Shown here: piece by piece, positions 13,668 to 14,350 of the stretch
How positions within the stretch are numbered: position 1 is the stretch's first letter
How the letters are laid out: each line of letters begins with the position of its first letter
Origin: Pseudomonadota bacterium
GTDB lineage: Bacteria > UBA10199 > 2-02-FULL-44-16 > JBDRGF01
NCBI GenBank assembly: GCA_043818055.1
Contig: JBDRGF010000092.1
Coordinates: 1 to 14,350, forward strand
DNA length: 14,350 bases
Reading direction: 5' to 3'
The notes under the pieces: generated by a model
Seen by the model: only the letters and a program-made list of their open reading frames with translations
The model's database searches: none
Told to the model about the DNA's origin: nothing
Translations under genes and position numbers: made by a program

Positions 13668-14108
13668 ATGTTCAATTTTTTAAAAAAATTATTTATCAAA
13701 GAAAAACCAGCCGAGAAAAATGAGATTGTCGCTAGATTTATAGCTGAAAAATCTAAGTATAAAAGAGAAAAAAAATGTTTAACGCATAGCGCTTTTATAC
13801 CTCCTAAAAATTCTAAAGAAATTTCGGTGTGCTGTATTTTAGACATTATTAAATCTCCTCAAAAGATTTGGGATATTGCTGTAAAATATGTCAGTTCAAA
13901 AATTTTAGGAAGAGGTGATTTGTCAGTGGAAAAAATTAAAGAAATTAAAAGTGATAGTAAATCTCTATCAGTGCTAATCAACGGATCTCCACACAAAAGA
14001 CATGCAAATATTAAAGGATTTCCTGCCCCTTCTGAGAGATCAAAAGTTAAAGCTATAGCCATTAGTCTATCGGATATTTCTACTTTAGTTTTGCGTAATA
14101 GTGAATAA
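13668..14108 (+). CDS. Hypothetical protein with ADP-ribosyltransferase-fold-like motifs (putative toxin/effector)
   Basis: Starts 2 nt after the previous stop. Motifs IVARFI, SAFIPP, EISVC, GRGDL and RHANI. The fold assignment is inference. Confidence 0.6.
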   Translation: MFNFLKKLFIKEKPAEKNEIVARFIAEKSKYKREKKCLTHSAFIPPKNSKEISVCCILDIIKSPQKIWDIAVKYVSSKILGRGDLSVEKIKEIKSDSKSLSVLINGSPHKRHANIKGFPAPSERSKVKAIAISLSDISTLVLRNSE

Positions 14109-14335
14109 AACTTGGGGCCATCGCCTTTTAAAACTCGCCCACTGCATTAGTTTATAATTATTCCATTTTTATTACCAATGGTAATGTAATTAGTGCCTGT
14201 CGGGGAAAGAAGGGGTAAAAAACGCGAAGATTTTATTCTTCGCTTGCACTGATCACTGGGTGATTGTTTCCCCTTCATCTTTTTTCTTTTCTTTCCCTTC
14301 GATTTTTCTTTTCATTATCAAACAGCCTCCGGAAT

Positions 14336-14350
14336 TAGGGGCGAACCTCT
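14336..14350 (+). repeat. Start of another GTAG-type REP, cut by the window edge
   Basis: TAGGGGCGAACCTCT resembles the (G)TAGGGGC heads at 5182 and, in reverse, at 2433 and 7608. Confidence 0.45.

Noticed and set aside
13179..14062. Minus-strand ORFs 13179-13445, 13607-13846, 13859-14062 as antisense or type I toxin genes
   Set aside because: They are explained as shadows of the AT-rich plus-strand operon, with no RBS or promoter support seen.
12187..14350. Integrase-type genomic island or prophage at ssrA
   Set aside because: No integrase and no duplicated ssrA 3' end (att) are visible in the window. It could lie further right, so no mobile element is called.

Overview
AT-rich bacterial chromosome segment; gene content (PilZ, Pal-CpoB, dNK, DUF502) suggests a Gram-negative, possibly deltaproteobacterial-type host (inference). 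It has three zones. (1) 1-3750 is an accessory zone of palindromic repeats and toxin-antitoxin parts: a lipoprotein alpha/beta hydrolase, an HTH-MNT gene followed by only a 31-codon HEPN-like stub, a Phd/YefM antitoxin coupled to an AbiEii/DUF6036-like nucleotidyltransferase under a triple operator, and a possible 7-codon MazF-like stub. (2) 3752-12186 is a housekeeping block: PilZ plus pseudo-receiver, pal, cpoB, tsaD, rsmA, deoxynucleoside kinase, amidohydrolase, DUF502, smpB and ssrA (tmRNA, tag AEPLALAA). It is interspersed with GTAG-type REP doublets and two heptamer-repeat inverted elements. (3) 12187-14350, directly 3' of ssrA, holds a structured GC-rich element and then a very AT-rich, tightly coupled three-gene operon: TIGR04255-like protein, 'NWD..GA' conserved hypothetical, and a small protein with ADP-ribosyltransferase-like R/S/H motifs. 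This operon is the best candidate for an undescribed tripartite toxin/anti-phage system. All family assignments come from motif recognition by eye; no searches were run.
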